DNA of 53,890 bases, taken from Synechococcus sp. Its GTDB lineage: Bacteria; Cyanobacteriota; Cyanobacteriia; Thermostichales; PCC-7336. Under the pieces are notes generated by a model, which did no database searches, had not been told where the DNA came from, and saw nothing but the letters and a program-made list of their open reading frames with translations. Shown here piece by piece: positions 29,092 through 39,645 of this stretch; position 1 is the stretch's first letter; each line of letters opens with the position of its first letter. The stretch lies in NCBI GenBank assembly GCA_051439605.1, contig JBFRWN010000107.1, positions 1-53,890 on the forward strand. The letters run 5' to 3'. The translations under genes were made by a program, and so were the position numbers.

Positions 29092-29346
29092 ATGACTAAA
29101 AGCGACACGTCAGAGCGAAAAGATCCCGCAAGGCGCGGTTCTTCTAGTGCTTCCGTTCAGGAAGCGAAGGGGCCACTGGGATTTTTCACAAATACCATTG
29201 CCGAACTCAAGAAAGTTGCTTGGCCAGAGCGTCAGCAACTGATTAGCGAATCCACCGCCGTTCTGTTGATTGTGGTGGCTTTTGCGTCCTTCATCTTTTT
29301 GATCGATCGCTTGTTTGGCTGGCTCTCTGGACAGGTATTCGGATAA
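29092..29346 (+). CDS. secE: Preprotein translocase subunit SecE
   Basis: ELKKVAWP plus one TM helix; between trnW and nusG. Confidence 0.93.
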   Translation: MTKSDTSERKDPARRGSSSASVQEAKGPLGFFTNTIAELKKVAWPERQQLISESTAVLLIVVAFASFIFLIDRLFGWLSGQVFG

Positions 29347-29510
29347 GATCGACAGTCCCTCTAGCGTTCCTTCGATTTGCACTCCGCCAATTGAGTTTGC
29401 TGAGGGCGATCGCTTGTAATTGTCATTAACTGCATAATCTCGACTGTAGCAGCAGTTAAACACGAGTATCGATTGAGAGACAAGACTGACGACTTAGAGA
29501 CAAAGTTAAC

Positions 29511-30137
29511 ATGGTCGACTTCGACGAACAGGAAGAACGCGTATCTACTGAAGCAGAGCCATCTGCCAAAAAGAAGGCCGAGCGTTGGTATACCGTGCAG
29601 GTAGCCTCTGGCTGCGAAAACAAAGTGCAGAGCACGCTCATGCAGCGGGCCATGGCTCTGGATGTGCAGGATCGCATCATCGAAGTGGTGATTCCGAAGC
29701 GTCCGGGCTACAAAGTTGGAAAAGACGGCAAGCGCCAGCAAATTCAAGAAAAGATTTTCCCCGGCTACGTGCTCGTCCGGATGGTGCTAGATGAAGAAGC
29801 TTGGCAGGTGGTGAAAAGCACCCCCAACGTCATTAACTTTGTTGGCAATGAAGAGCGCCGCATGGTAGGTCGCGGTCGCGGCCACGTGGTTCCCCGTCCC
29901 CTGAGCGCGTCCGAAGTACAACGAATCTTCAAGACTGCTGAAGTTGAAGAAACAACTGTACAGGTAGATATGGCAGAGGGTGATAAGATCGAAGTCTTGT
30001 CCGGACCCTTCCAAGGCTTCCACGGAGAAGTGATTGAGGTCAGTCCGGAGCGGGGCAAGCTCAAGGCTCTGATTTCCATCTTTGGTCGCGATACTCCAGT
30101 CGAGCTGGAGTTCAACCAAGTCGAAAAAGAAGTCTAG
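29511..30137 (+). CDS. nusG: Transcription termination/antitermination factor NusG
   Basis: WYTVQVASGCE, FPGYVLV and KOW domain with SIFGRDTPVEL. Confidence 0.97.
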   Translation: MVDFDEQEERVSTEAEPSAKKKAERWYTVQVASGCENKVQSTLMQRAMALDVQDRIIEVVIPKRPGYKVGKDGKRQQIQEKIFPGYVLVRMVLDEEAWQVVKSTPNVINFVGNEERRMVGRGRGHVVPRPLSASEVQRIFKTAEVEETTVQVDMAEGDKIEVLSGPFQGFHGEVIEVSPERGKLKALISIFGRDTPVELEFNQVEKEV

Positions 30138-30208
30138 AGTTCTCCAGAATCTGTGGCGATCGCGGGTAATTTTGCTCGAAGTACCGCACAATTTCCTGAG
30201 AACTTGTC

Positions 30209-30244
30209 AAAGCCTCTGCAGAAAACAGCTCTGCAGAGCTTTTT
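30209..30244 (+). terminator. Terminator-like hairpin between nusG and rplK
   Basis: AAAGCCTCTGCAG ... CTGCAGAGCTTTTT. Confidence 0.5.
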
Positions 30245-30278
30245 GTGCGCCCCTTATCCAGCAGTTTAGTAACCAGTC

Positions 30279-30704
30279 ATGCCCAGAAAAGTAGTCGCGC
30301 TAATCAAGTTAGCCATCGAAGCCGGTAAGGCGAATCCGGCTCCCCCCATCGGCCCCGCCTTGGGTCAGCACGGGGTGAACATTATGATGTTCTGCAAGGA
30401 ATACAACGCCAAGACCTCCGACCAGGCAGGTACCGTTGTTCCAGTAGAAATCTCGGTTTACGAAGACCGCAGCTTCACCTTTATCCTCAAAACCCCTCCC
30501 GCGTCCGTCTTGATCAAAAAGGCGGCTGGCATTGAGAAGGGGTCTGGCGTTCCCCACACCGAAAAAGTGGGTTCCATCACCCAAGATCAGCTGCGCCAGA
30601 TTGCTGAAACCAAGCTGCCTGACCTCAACACCAACAATGTTGAGATGGCCATGCGCATCATCGCCGGTACCGCTCGCAACATGGGCGTCACCATTGCCGA
30701 ATAA
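30279..30704 (+). CDS. rplK: 50S ribosomal protein L11
   Basis: [22 protein letters not shown] and GTARNMG. Confidence 0.98.
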   Translation: MPRKVVALIKLAIEAGKANPAPPIGPALGQHGVNIMMFCKEYNAKTSDQAGTVVPVEISVYEDRSFTFILKTPPASVLIKKAAGIEKGSGVPHTEKVGSITQDQLRQIAETKLPDLNTNNVEMAMRIIAGTARNMGVTIAE

Positions 30705-30782
30705 TCCTTTCCGGGACTGGGGCTGACAATTTCTTGCATCCAAGAGACGCCCTACAAGTCCTGCCAACCGTTCATCTACATC

Positions 30783-30816
30783 TGGGGGAGAGGGTTAACC
30801 CCTTGCCTGCACCCCA
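30783..30816 (+). promoter_or_regulatory. Possible L1-binding autoregulatory RNA structure upstream of rplA
   Basis: TGGGG/CCCCA outer stem, purine-rich internal loop (GGAG), inner AGGG/CCCT stem, directly before the AAGGAG RBS. Confidence 0.4.
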
Positions 30817-30828
30817 AGGAGTTTATTT

Positions 30829-31548
30829 GTGGCTAAGAAGCTATCGAAGCGTTTTGCAGCGCTGCAAGACAAAGTTCAAGATAGGGCTTACGAGCCTTTA
30901 GAGGCCCTAGAGCTGCTGAAAGAAACTGCGACCGCCAAGTTTGACGAAGCGGCCGAGGTCCACGTCCGCCTAGGGATTGACCCCAAGTATGCGGATCAGC
31001 AGTTACGGACCACAGTGGTTCTGCCCAAAGGTACCGGTCAGACGGTGCGGGTGGGTGTAATTGCTCGCGGTGAGAAGGTGAACGAGGCTCAGCAAGCTGG
31101 TGCTGATGTCGCGGGGTCCGAGGAACTCATTGATGAGATTTCCAAGGGCATGCTGGATTTCGACATTTTGGTCGCGACCCCCGACATGATGCCTCAGGTG
31201 GCCAAGCTGGGTCGTATCCTCGGCCCCCGAAAGCTAATGCCTTCTCCTAAAGCGGGTACCGTAACGTTCGATTTAGCCCAGGCCATTGACGAGTTCAAGG
31301 GCGGTAAGTTGGAATTCCGTGCGGACCGTTCCGGTATCGTTCACATCCTGTTCGGTAAGGCAAGTTTTTCTGCTGACGACCTATTGGCCAATCTGAAGAC
31401 GTTCCAGGAAGCGATCGATCGCCATCGTCCTTCCGGTGCAAAGGGCAAGTACTGGCGCTCTATGTACGTTTGCTCTACGATGGGTCCCTCGATCGAGGTG
31501 GATATCAATACTCTGCGCGATCTAAAGATTGAGGCTCCTGCCGACTAA
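30829..31548 (+). CDS. rplA: 50S ribosomal protein L1
   Basis: [27 protein letters not shown] and STMGPS. Confidence 0.98.
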   Translation: MAKKLSKRFAALQDKVQDRAYEPLEALELLKETATAKFDEAAEVHVRLGIDPKYADQQLRTTVVLPKGTGQTVRVGVIARGEKVNEAQQAGADVAGSEELIDEISKGMLDFDILVATPDMMPQVAKLGRILGPRKLMPSPKAGTVTFDLAQAIDEFKGGKLEFRADRSGIVHILFGKASFSADDLLANLKTFQEAIDRHRPSGAKGKYWRSMYVCSTMGPSIEVDINTLRDLKIEAPAD

Positions 31549-31577
31549 GGCGTTTGAATCAACGATGAATTGACATT

Positions 31578-31608
31578 GGGGACTGGGGGGTAGACTCTCA
31601 GTCCTTTT
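31578..31608 (+). terminator. Terminator-like hairpin after rplA
   Basis: GGGACTGGGGG-GTAGA-CTCTCAGTCC followed by TTTT. Confidence 0.55.
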
Positions 31609-31652
31609 GGCTTGCTGTATCCCAATTACAAGGTTATTCCCCTTTCACAAAT

Positions 31653-32018
31653 ATGGATTTACCCCCACTGAGTACCGACACCATTTGGGCCATTCTCAAT
31701 CAAGAGCTGGATGATGACACCGTGAATGCGTTGGTGTGGCGATCGCTCAACTACAGCTACGACCCCGACAGCGGCCATTGGGATGCTTCCACTGCTGACG
31801 AGGGGTGGCGGGAGATGGACCCACCGAATTTTATCGGTAGCCGTCCTATGACGATTAAGCTGACGCGATCGATTCCGAAGGAGCACAAACAGCTATTGAA
31901 GGAGCGGTTGAATTTTCAGGGGTATCAGGTACACGAACTCACCCCTCAGAAGACACGACGGGCGACTGCAGCGAACTGGCTGTTACATAAACTAGTGGAG
32001 CAGAATTCAGGTCAGTAG
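31653..32018 (+). CDS. DUF1823 family protein
   Basis: LPPLSTDTIWAIL, KLTRSIPKEHKQLLKE and TRRATAANWLL. Confidence 0.85.
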   Translation: MDLPPLSTDTIWAILNQELDDDTVNALVWRSLNYSYDPDSGHWDASTADEGWREMDPPNFIGSRPMTIKLTRSIPKEHKQLLKERLNFQGYQVHELTPQKTRRATAANWLLHKLVEQNSGQ

Positions 32019-32022
32019 AAGT

Positions 32023-32775
32023 TTAGGACACCACCGCCGCCAACACCTCCGTACAGGCATCATCCGGCGCAAAGTTGGTAAACACTGTTTGAACGTCATC
32101 CAAATTTTCCAGCTTGTCGATCAGCTTGACCACCTTCACCGCCACATCCGGTTCGGCGATCGCCGCATCCACCGTCGGCACCCATCGCACAGACGAACTG
32201 CCAACCTTAACCCCAGCCGATTCAAGATTAGAGGACACCTCTTCTAAGCGGGTGAACTCGCAAATCGCCATTGCGCCATCTTCATCCACCAGATCGTCCC
32301 CCCCCGCTTCAGCCACTGCCAGAAATAAATCCTCATCATCCGCAGCACCAGACAGGCGGATGAACCCCTTCTGCTCGAACATGTAGCTGACGCAGCCGGT
32401 CTCCCCCAAATTGCCACCAATCTTGTTGAAGGCCGCCCGCACATCCGCCGCCGTCCGATTGCGGTTGTCTGTCAAAATATCCATCAAGATGGCGACGCCA
32501 CCAGGACCGTAGCCCTCGTAGCGCAAGGATTCTAGGGCTCCATCCGTAAGTAGACCGCTACCACGGGCGATCGCCCGCTCGATGTTGTCGTTGGGCAGTC
32601 CCGCTTCTTTCGCCTTCTGAACAGCTGCCCTTAAGGCAAAATTCGACTCGGGGTCCGGTTCCCCCTGTCTGGCGGCCACTGTAATGGCACGAGACATTTT
32701 GGTGTAAGTAGATCCTTTTGCTGCATCCGCCTTAGCTTTGTGGAGTCGAATACTGGCCCACTTACTCTGAGACAT
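32023..32775 (-). CDS. YebC/PmpR family protein
   Basis: SKWASI, YEGYGPGG, TDNRNRT and LENLDDVQ; start refined to ATG 32775. Confidence 0.93.
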   Translation of the reverse strand: MSQSKWASIRLHKAKADAAKGSTYTKMSRAITVAARQGEPDPESNFALRAAVQKAKEAGLPNDNIERAIARGSGLLTDGALESLRYEGYGPGGVAILMDILTDNRNRTAADVRAAFNKIGGNLGETGCVSYMFEQKGFIRLSGAADDEDLFLAVAEAGGDDLVDEDGAMAICEFTRLEEVSSNLESAGVKVGSSSVRWVPTVDAAIAEPDVAVKVVKLIDKLENLDDVQTVFTNFAPDDACTEVLAAVVS

Positions 32776-32855
32776 ATCAATCACTAAACTTGGAAGCACC
32801 ATCCCTATTTTAGCCAGCCGCCCCACCCATTCAGGAGTGGGACGGGCGAACCAGG

Positions 32856-35666
32856 CTAGGGGCCAGCTGTGACAATTTGCACCACATCCGGCTGCAGCAA
32901 CTGGGCTGCGACGCGGTTTACGTCTTCCAGCTTCAGGGCTTTTACCTTTTCTGGAAACTCGTACATCTCCTGCAAAGGTAAGCCCAAAACTTCCCGTCGC
33001 AGGAATGCGCGGCCAACGGCATCCGGGTCCGCCAAGCTCACTGGATAGCTATTGATGAAGCTATCGCGAGACTGCTCAAATTCGATGGGTGTTACCCCGT
33101 TCTCCTTTACCTGCTTGAGCACCGCCAAAGTGCTGTCTACCGCCTGTTGAACGTCGGTGGGATCGGTTTGCATCCTGACGACAAAGGGGCCGACACCTTT
33201 CCCCGTTTGGAACGCACTGGATATGCCGTACGTGAGGCCTTGGCGATCGCGCACCTCCAATCCCAGACGGCTGGAGAGAGTGCTGCCACCAATGATGTCG
33301 TTCAGAATCACGGCTGCCTCGAAATCGGGATCGAAGCGGTTAATCCCCATGTGACCCAGATAGGTAACTGATTGGGTTTTCCCCTCTAGCGACTTGTACT
33401 GGCGGGATATAGTGGCCGGATTCTCTATCTTGGGAAAGTCTAGGTAGGGGGGCTCGCCTGCGGCGGACCAATCCCCCAACAGCTCGGCAAACAAAGATTC
33501 CACCTCTGCAGAGTCAAAGTCCCCCACCAAAGCAATGGTGGTGGTATCGGGTCGGTAGTGGGCGCGGTAGAACTCCACTATTTCTTGCTGTTGAATCGCC
33601 TGCAACGAGTCCAGGCTGCTCATGGCGTGGTAGGGGTGACCTTCTGGGAACAGAGACTGTTGGAAGGTTCGGGTGGCGACAGAAGAAGGATTGTCCAAAC
33701 TCGCTTGTAGACGGGCTAGCGATCGATGGCGGGTGAGTTCTAATTCATCAGTAGGAAAGGTGGGATTACGCAGGGCATCGGCCAGCTGCTCAGCCAAAAG
33801 CGGTAGATCCCGGGCTAAAGCTGCCCCGCCAAAACTGACCCCCTCCCGACGGGCAGCAAAGGCCAAACCGGCACCGACATTTTCTAGGCGGGCGGCAAAT
33901 TCATCTCCGGTTTGGGTGGTGGTACCGCTGGTGAGTAACCCAGCCGTGAAGGAGGCCACCCCTGCCCGTTCGGGGGTATCGAAGCCACTTCCCGCCTCCA
34001 CATTGCCCACTAGGGTAACGGCGGGGGCGCTGTCATCGGGGAGTAATAGCAGCTTGAGGCCACTGGGGTAAACCACTTCGCGGGGATAGCGCAGGCGATC
34101 TCCATCCAGGTCTGGGGCTCGGGCAGCATCTGCCGGCAAATATTGCTGGATGTCTTCAGTCCCGTTACTGGCAACAAGGGCAACACTGTCGGTCCCCGTA
34201 GTCTCTTCTCTAACTTCGGTGCCTACGGAATTAGGGTCGAAACTCGTCGGTGTGAAATATCCCCGGTGGCACAGATCGGGCCGCAGATATTTGCGGGCCA
34301 CTGCCTGAATGTCAGCAGGGGTGACAGCCGCTGCCTGTTGTAAGTAGCGATCGCTATAGCGATAATCTCCCGAGGTGGTTTCATCCCCCGCTAGTTGCCT
34401 AGCTTGGCTGGAAATGTCGCGATAGCCCAAGATGACCCCCGCCAACAGTTGCCGCTTGACTCGCTCTAAATCGGCGACGTCTACGAGGGAATCCTGCAAT
34501 TTCTGGAATTCAGCAGAGATGGCTGTCTCGACGCTGTCAAAATCTTGTCCGTTGCCGAGGGTGGCTGAAACTTGGAGCCAACCCGCTCCGCGCAGGTTGG
34601 TGGTGGAGCTGCTGACACTGTTGGCAATTTGCGGGCGGATGATGTCCTGGTAAAACCTGCCACTGCGGCCGCCGGACAGGATGGAGCTGAGCAAGTCGAG
34701 GGCCGGGACGTCAGAATGGTCGGCATAGGGAAGCGGATACATCTGAACGAGGAGTGGGAGGCTACCCGGCTCTTCCAGTCGCACCGGGTCGGTTGGAGGA
34801 AGAGGCTGAGCAATCGCAGGTTCAGCCTGAGTGGCTGCTCGTCCAGATGGACGGATGTTGCCAAAAGTCTTGCGCACTGAGGCAACGGTGCTATGCCGTT
34901 CAAAATCCCCCACGATGGCCAGCACTGCATTGTCGGGAGCGTAATATTGGCGATAGTAAGCCTGGATTTGCTCAGGTTGGAACTGCTCCACATCCGCTCG
35001 GGTGCCACCTACAGGTAACGAGTAGGCTGCGGTGCTGGTGTCTTTGGGGGAGGCATACAGGGTACGTCGTACCGCCCGATTCAAGCGATAGCTGGGGGAG
35101 TTTTCGTAGCCCTGCAACTCGGAAATTACCACACGCTTTTCACTGTCCACCGCCTCAGGCGCTATCAGAGTATTGACCATGCGATCGGCCTCCAGTTCCA
35201 GGATGGTGTCTAGGCGATCGCGGCTAACCGTGTGAAAGTAGCCGGTGGCATCGTAGGTGGTAAAGGCGTTGAAGCTACTTCCCACGGCATCAAATAGACG
35301 CCCAAACTGAATCGGGCGATCGCGGGTGCCCTTAAACAGCAGGTGTTCCAGTTGGTGAGAAATGCCATTGTTGCCCAGCGTTTCATCGGCGCTACCCACC
35401 CGATACCACAGTTGGAGCGCCACCACAGGGGCCGTGTGCACTTCCTTCAGTAGCACCGTCAGTCCGTTGGGTAACACCAGCTTTTCAACCCCTTCTGTCA
35501 GGCTAGGGATCTCTAGACTGGGGAGTTCTAGACGGTGTTCGGCTTGGGGAAGTGGCGCTTCTGCCGTGCGGGCGATCGCGGGGGAAATACCACTTCCAAA
35601 TGCTATCCAGACAACAGCCAGAACCCAAAGAAAGCTCCGGCGAATGCGATTGCGCCAATCAATCAT
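32856..35666 (-). CDS. M16 (pitrilysin-family) zinc peptidase with signal peptide
   Basis: HQLEH inverted zincin motif, NAFTT, two-halves architecture, RDRQGLTYGI; start uncertain (35666-35741). Confidence 0.92.
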   Translation of the reverse strand: MIDWRNRIRRSFLWVLAVVWIAFGSGISPAIARTAEAPLPQAEHRLELPSLEIPSLTEGVEKLVLPNGLTVLLKEVHTAPVVALQLWYRVGSADETLGNNGISHQLEHLLFKGTRDRPIQFGRLFDAVGSSFNAFTTYDATGYFHTVSRDRLDTILELEADRMVNTLIAPEAVDSEKRVVISELQGYENSPSYRLNRAVRRTLYASPKDTSTAAYSLPVGGTRADVEQFQPEQIQAYYRQYYAPDNAVLAIVGDFERHSTVASVRKTFGNIRPSGRAATQAEPAIAQPLPPTDPVRLEEPGSLPLLVQMYPLPYADHSDVPALDLLSSILSGGRSGRFYQDIIRPQIANSVSSSTTNLRGAGWLQVSATLGNGQDFDSVETAISAEFQKLQDSLVDVADLERVKRQLLAGVILGYRDISSQARQLAGDETTSGDYRYSDRYLQQAAAVTPADIQAVARKYLRPDLCHRGYFTPTSFDPNSVGTEVREETTGTDSVALVASNGTEDIQQYLPADAARAPDLDGDRLRYPREVVYPSGLKLLLLPDDSAPAVTLVGNVEAGSGFDTPERAGVASFTAGLLTSGTTTQTGDEFAARLENVGAGLAFAARREGVSFGGAALARDLPLLAEQLADALRNPTFPTDELELTRHRSLARLQASLDNPSSVATRTFQQSLFPEGHPYHAMSSLDSLQAIQQQEIVEFYRAHYRPDTTTIALVGDFDSAEVESLFAELLGDWSAAGEPPYLDFPKIENPATISRQYKSLEGKTQSVTYLGHMGINRFDPDFEAAVILNDIIGGSTLSSRLGLEVRDRQGLTYGISSAFQTGKGVGPFVVRMQTDPTDVQQAVDSTLAVLKQVKENGVTPIEFEQSRDSFINSYPVSLADPDAVGRAFLRREVLGLPLQEMYEFPEKVKALKLEDVNRVAAQLLQPDVVQIVTAGP

Positions 35667-35760
35667 GCAGACAATACTCAAAATCAGCCTTTTGACATCA
35701 TAACTAGAGAGGTTTTCGTTGCATAAAAATTGCCACAACACGCTAAAGTAATAGATCGCA

Positions 35761-35797
35761 ACCTTGCTGCAGTAGCAGCCTTACGTCCAAAAGGAGA
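35761..35797 (+). promoter_or_regulatory. S6:S18 ribosomal protein leader upstream of rpsF
   Basis: CCTT-GCTGC-AGTA-GCAGC-CTTACGT-CCA-AAAGGAG: CCTT can pair with the RBS AAGG, with an unpaired CCR as in the known motif. Confidence 0.65.
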
Positions 35798-35804
35798 CCT
35801 CGCG

Positions 35805-36095
35805 ATGCCTCGTGCTTACGAAACCATGTTGATCGTCCGCCCCGATGTGGCTGAAGAGCCTTTGACCGAGCTGGTGGACGAGCAGAAAAAGATGCTGAGC
35901 GAAGGTGGAGCCCAGAATATTGAAGTTCAGGTGCGCGGTAAGCGTCGTCTGGCATACGAAATTCAGCGCTGCAAAGAAGGAATCTACGTACTGATCAACT
36001 ACGATGCAGAACCCAGCGCCCGCACTGCCATGGAAAAGGCTCTGAGGCTGAACGAGAGCATCCTGCGTTTTGGCACCTTCAACGTTGAAGAATAA
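35805..36095 (+). CDS. rpsF: 30S ribosomal protein S6
   Basis: YETMLIVRPD and GKRRLAYEI; AGGAG RBS. Confidence 0.96.
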   Translation: MPRAYETMLIVRPDVAEEPLTELVDEQKKMLSEGGAQNIEVQVRGKRRLAYEIQRCKEGIYVLINYDAEPSARTAMEKALRLNESILRFGTFNVEE

Positions 36096-36138
36096 GTTGC
36101 CCATGCATTAGATTCTGGGAACTATTCAATTCTGCGAG

Positions 36139-36179
36139 TGGGGCAAACGGGTTAACAGGGCTTGTTTGCCCCAATTTTT
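36139..36179 (+). terminator. Rho-independent terminator after rpsF
   Basis: TGGGGCAAACGGG ... CTTGTTTGCCCCA followed by ATTTTT. Confidence 0.75.
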
Positions 36180-36325
36180 CTGTAAAGATTCGGTGCGGGC
36201 GATCGCTATTTACCCTGCCAACTCACGTTTGCACTCGATCTGAATTTGCTGATAATCAGGTATTTTTTCAGTACCGTGGAGTTTGCCAGTACCGTAGGAA
36301 TGCCCTACAAGGTTTTGCCTCGCCC

Positions 36326-38008
36326 ATGCTGACGGTATTGCGCATCACCAACTTTGCGCTAATCGAGCACATCGAACTGGAATTTTCTGCTGGCCTCAAC
36401 GTCTTGACCGGAGAGACAGGGGCGGGGAAATCTATTATTTTGGATGCGCTGGATGCCGCCCTTGGGGGAACGGTGTCCGGTAAGCTGGTACGAACGGGAA
36501 GTAAAAAAGCCTCAATCGAGGCGGTGTTCCGGCTGACAGGACCCCTGCGACAATGGCTGCAGCAGCAGGAAATAGATGAGATGGACGAAGGGCTGGTGTG
36601 CTCGAGGGAAATTGGCGATCGCACCAGCCGTTCTCGTCTGAACGGCATTTTGGTCAACCGCCAGCAGTTGCAAGAGCTGCGGCGACAACTGGTGGAAATT
36701 GCCGCCCAAGGGCAGACGGTGCAGTTACAGAACAGCAATACGCAACGACGCTGGTTGGATGGGTTTGGAGGTAGCCGCGTAGAGTCCGCTCGCCGCAAGG
36801 TGAAGCAAGCATTCGAGGGTTGGACGCAGGCCCGTAAAGCGTTGGAGGAATCACAGCAGCGGCAGCAGCAACGCTTGCAGCAGCAAGACATGCTCGAGTT
36901 TCAGCATCGGGAACTATCAGAGGCGGAGCTAGAGTCGCCGGACGAAATAGAGCAGTTGGTGCAAGAACGCGATCGCCTCGCCCACAGCGTGGAGCTTCAG
37001 CAACAAAGTTACGAGGCTTATAACCTGCTATACCAGAATGACGCTGGGGAATCAGCTTCAGATTTGCTGGGGAAAGTAGCGCAGGTGTTAGAGCAGATGT
37101 GTCGCTTCGATCCTCAGGTGCAAACTACCCTCGATATGATAAGTAGCGCGGCGATTCAAGTGGGGGAAGCTAGCCGCGAGCTGAGTACGTACAGCGAGAC
37201 GCTGGATACTGACCCGGAGCGGCTGGAGGCGGTGGGGCAGCGGATGGCTTTGCTCAAGCAAATTTGCCGCAAATATGGTCCGACACTGGCAGATGCGATT
37301 GGCTATGCAGAAACAGTCGAGCAAGAGCTCCAGGGGCTTCAGGAGGAGGGGAGTATCGAGGAGTTACAAGATCTAGAACTGCAGCGGCATCAAGAGCTAA
37401 AGGACGCCTGCGCCCGCCTAACTGAGCTTCGCCGCAAGACTGGGGAGAAATTGCGCCAGAAATTATTGGCAGAGCTAAAACCGATGGCGATGGCGGCCAC
37501 CCAATTTGCAGTGGAAATACAACCGGTGGAACCAACGGCGGAGGGACAGGATCGGGTGGGGTTTACCATTAGCCCCAATCCAGGGGAGCCGATGCAACCA
37601 CTGGCGGATACTGCTTCCGGCGGCGAGATGAGTCGTTTTTTGCTGGCTATGAAGGCAGTGTTTACGAGGGTGAACCCGGTGTCAACCCTGGTATTTGACG
37701 AGATTGATGTGGGGGTGTCGGGGAAGGTAGCGCAGGCGATTGCCACCAAGTTGCACGACATTAGTCAAGGGCATCAGGTGTTGTGCGTTACTCACCAGCC
37801 GCTAGTTGCAGCCATGGCGGACAGCCATTTTCAGGTGAGTAAGACGGTGCGCAAGCAGCGCACCTTCGTCCAAGTCCAGGAGCTGTCGGAAGAACATCAG
37901 CGGCGGGATGAGTTGGCCCAGCTGGCGGGGGGCAAATCGGCCCAGGATGCACTGGATTTTGCGGAGGCTCTGCTGGCCCAGGCGGCGGAATTACGGCATT
38001 CCGCTTGA
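36326..38008 (+). CDS. recN: DNA repair protein RecN
   Basis: TGETGAGKS, ASGGEMSR, FDEIDVG and VTHQP. Confidence 0.97.
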   Translation: MLTVLRITNFALIEHIELEFSAGLNVLTGETGAGKSIILDALDAALGGTVSGKLVRTGSKKASIEAVFRLTGPLRQWLQQQEIDEMDEGLVCSREIGDRTSRSRLNGILVNRQQLQELRRQLVEIAAQGQTVQLQNSNTQRRWLDGFGGSRVESARRKVKQAFEGWTQARKALEESQQRQQQRLQQQDMLEFQHRELSEAELESPDEIEQLVQERDRLAHSVELQQQSYEAYNLLYQNDAGESASDLLGKVAQVLEQMCRFDPQVQTTLDMISSAAIQVGEASRELSTYSETLDTDPERLEAVGQRMALLKQICRKYGPTLADAIGYAETVEQELQGLQEEGSIEELQDLELQRHQELKDACARLTELRRKTGEKLRQKLLAELKPMAMAATQFAVEIQPVEPTAEGQDRVGFTISPNPGEPMQPLADTASGGEMSRFLLAMKAVFTRVNPVSTLVFDEIDVGVSGKVAQAIATKLHDISQGHQVLCVTHQPLVAAMADSHFQVSKTVRKQRTFVQVQELSEEHQRRDELAQLAGGKSAQDALDFAEALLAQAAELRHSA

Positions 38009-38312
38009 CGTTTTTTGCTTAGTTGGTACGTCAAATTCGAAGGGCAAGTTCGCCTATGTTGGAGAAAAAAACTGGCTTGCCTGCGCTTGCGAGTAGTGAG
38101 AATTGACGTTTTCGACGACTAGTAAAAAGTCATCAAGGTTACAAATCAACCCTCTTCGCGATCGACTTTGCACAGACATTTATGTTTTCTCTCCAATAAT
38201 TTTTCGAAAAAAAGTGCGGATTATTCTCTCTAGCCCTTGCCATTTCGGGATCCTGCGGTCAAAATCCATTCATAGATAAACCGCTTTGAACGTAATTAAT
38301 CGGAGTGAGGAA

Positions 38313-38588
38313 ATGAATAAGGGCGAGTTGGTAGATGCGGTGGCGATGGAAGCTGGCGTCAGCAAGAAGAATGCTGAAGAGATTCTGTCCGCCATGTTGG
38401 ATGTAATTACCACAACCGTCGCGAGTGGTGACAAGGTTTCTTTGATCGGCTTTGGTTCCTTCGAGCCTCGCGAGCGTAAAGCCCGTGAAGGCCGAAATCC
38501 GAAGACGGGGGAGAAGCTACAGATTCCCGCAACTGTGGTGCCTGCGTTTTCGGCAGGGAAAGGATTTAAAGAGGCGGTAGCGAAGTAG
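38313..38588 (+). CDS. hup: DNA-binding protein HU
   Basis: MNKGELV, GFGSF and GRNPKTG; GAGG RBS. Confidence 0.96.
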   Translation: MNKGELVDAVAMEAGVSKKNAEEILSAMLDVITTTVASGDKVSLIGFGSFEPRERKAREGRNPKTGEKLQIPATVVPAFSAGKGFKEAVAK

Positions 38589-38625
38589 TTTACTGGTATC
38601 GATAGCTGTTGCCATACGAATCCCC

Positions 38626-39186
38626 TTACTCTGCAGGTTGCATGACAGGGGTAGAGGTGGCAGGTAATGGTGCTGTGCCATCCCCCACTTGACTGTTCGG
38701 TCGATCGCCGGAACGAATTTGAGGCAGCAGCGTGGCCATCTCAATAGCATCCATCCCGTAGCTCCAGCCCAAATTACTTTTGATACCTGCCCGTTCGAGG
38801 GCCTGTTGCATGGTGTCCGTGGTCAAGATGCCGTAGATAACAGGAACTCCAGTCTGCAGTCCAATGGCTGCAATTCCTTTGGAAACCTCGGCTGCAACGT
38901 AATCGAAGTGAGGGGTTTGTCCGCGGACCACAGCCCCCAGGCAAATAACGGCGTCGTAACGCTGGGTCAACACCAGTTGTCGGGCCGCAATGGGAATTTC
39001 AAAACAGCCGGGCACCCAGGCATAATCCACTTGGCCGTGGGTTTCATCCACATCGATCCCGTGACGCTTGAGGGCATCCTGGCATCCAGCCAGTAATTTT
39101 CCGGTAATCAAGTCGTTGAATCGGGCGATTGCGATTGCAAATCGCATATCGCGGGTAAATGTAAAACTTCCTTCAAACGTAGCCAT
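38626..39186 (-). CDS. ribH: 6,7-dimethyl-8-ribityllumazine synthase
   Basis: [16 protein letters not shown] and GQTPHFDYV; start refined to ATG 39186. Confidence 0.96.
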   Translation of the reverse strand: MATFEGSFTFTRDMRFAIAIARFNDLITGKLLAGCQDALKRHGIDVDETHGQVDYAWVPGCFEIPIAARQLVLTQRYDAVICLGAVVRGQTPHFDYVAAEVSKGIAAIGLQTGVPVIYGILTTDTMQQALERAGIKSNLGWSYGMDAIEMATLLPQIRSGDRPNSQVGDGTAPLPATSTPVMQPAE

Positions 39187-39453
39187 TGCTTTCCCTAAAA
39201 AGACAGCAACGGGCTGCCTTGGCACATTGCCACAGGCAGCCTCGTCCCCCGAAATAACTCCACTTAGAGACAGTATCTAGGTGGCATTCACTAAAGCTAT
39301 TGCAGGTACCCAAGCAATAACAGCGACTAAGCTGCGAAGCAACCCAAGTGAAGGAACCCAACCCCCAGGCATAATCAGTCACAGATTTGGTGGGCCACTG
39401 CAAGTTTTGCTGGCGAAGTACAGAGATCGCCTATTGCACAAAGATACGTGCGA

Positions 39454-39645
39454 TTAAGCAAAACGGCTGAGACCGCCCACCAACAGGACAGCCACCACCC
39501 AGACGATCGAGCCAACAAGAATAACGCTGTTGCCCTTGGAAGAATCGGTGGCAGAGCTGTACAGAACGGGTACAGCAATCACAAGTAAAAGACTGTATAG
39601 AACTAGGCCTAGTAAAGAGAGTTGAAAAATGTAGCTCACGACCAA
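39454..39645 (-). CDS. psbZ: Photosystem II protein Z
   Basis: About 62 aa, two TM helices, IFQL..L and IAVPVLY motifs; directly upstream of ribH as is common in cyanobacteria. Confidence 0.85.
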   Translation of the reverse strand: MVVSYIFQLSLLGLVLYSLLLVIAVPVLYSSATDSSKGNSVILVGSIVWVVAVLLVGGLSRFA

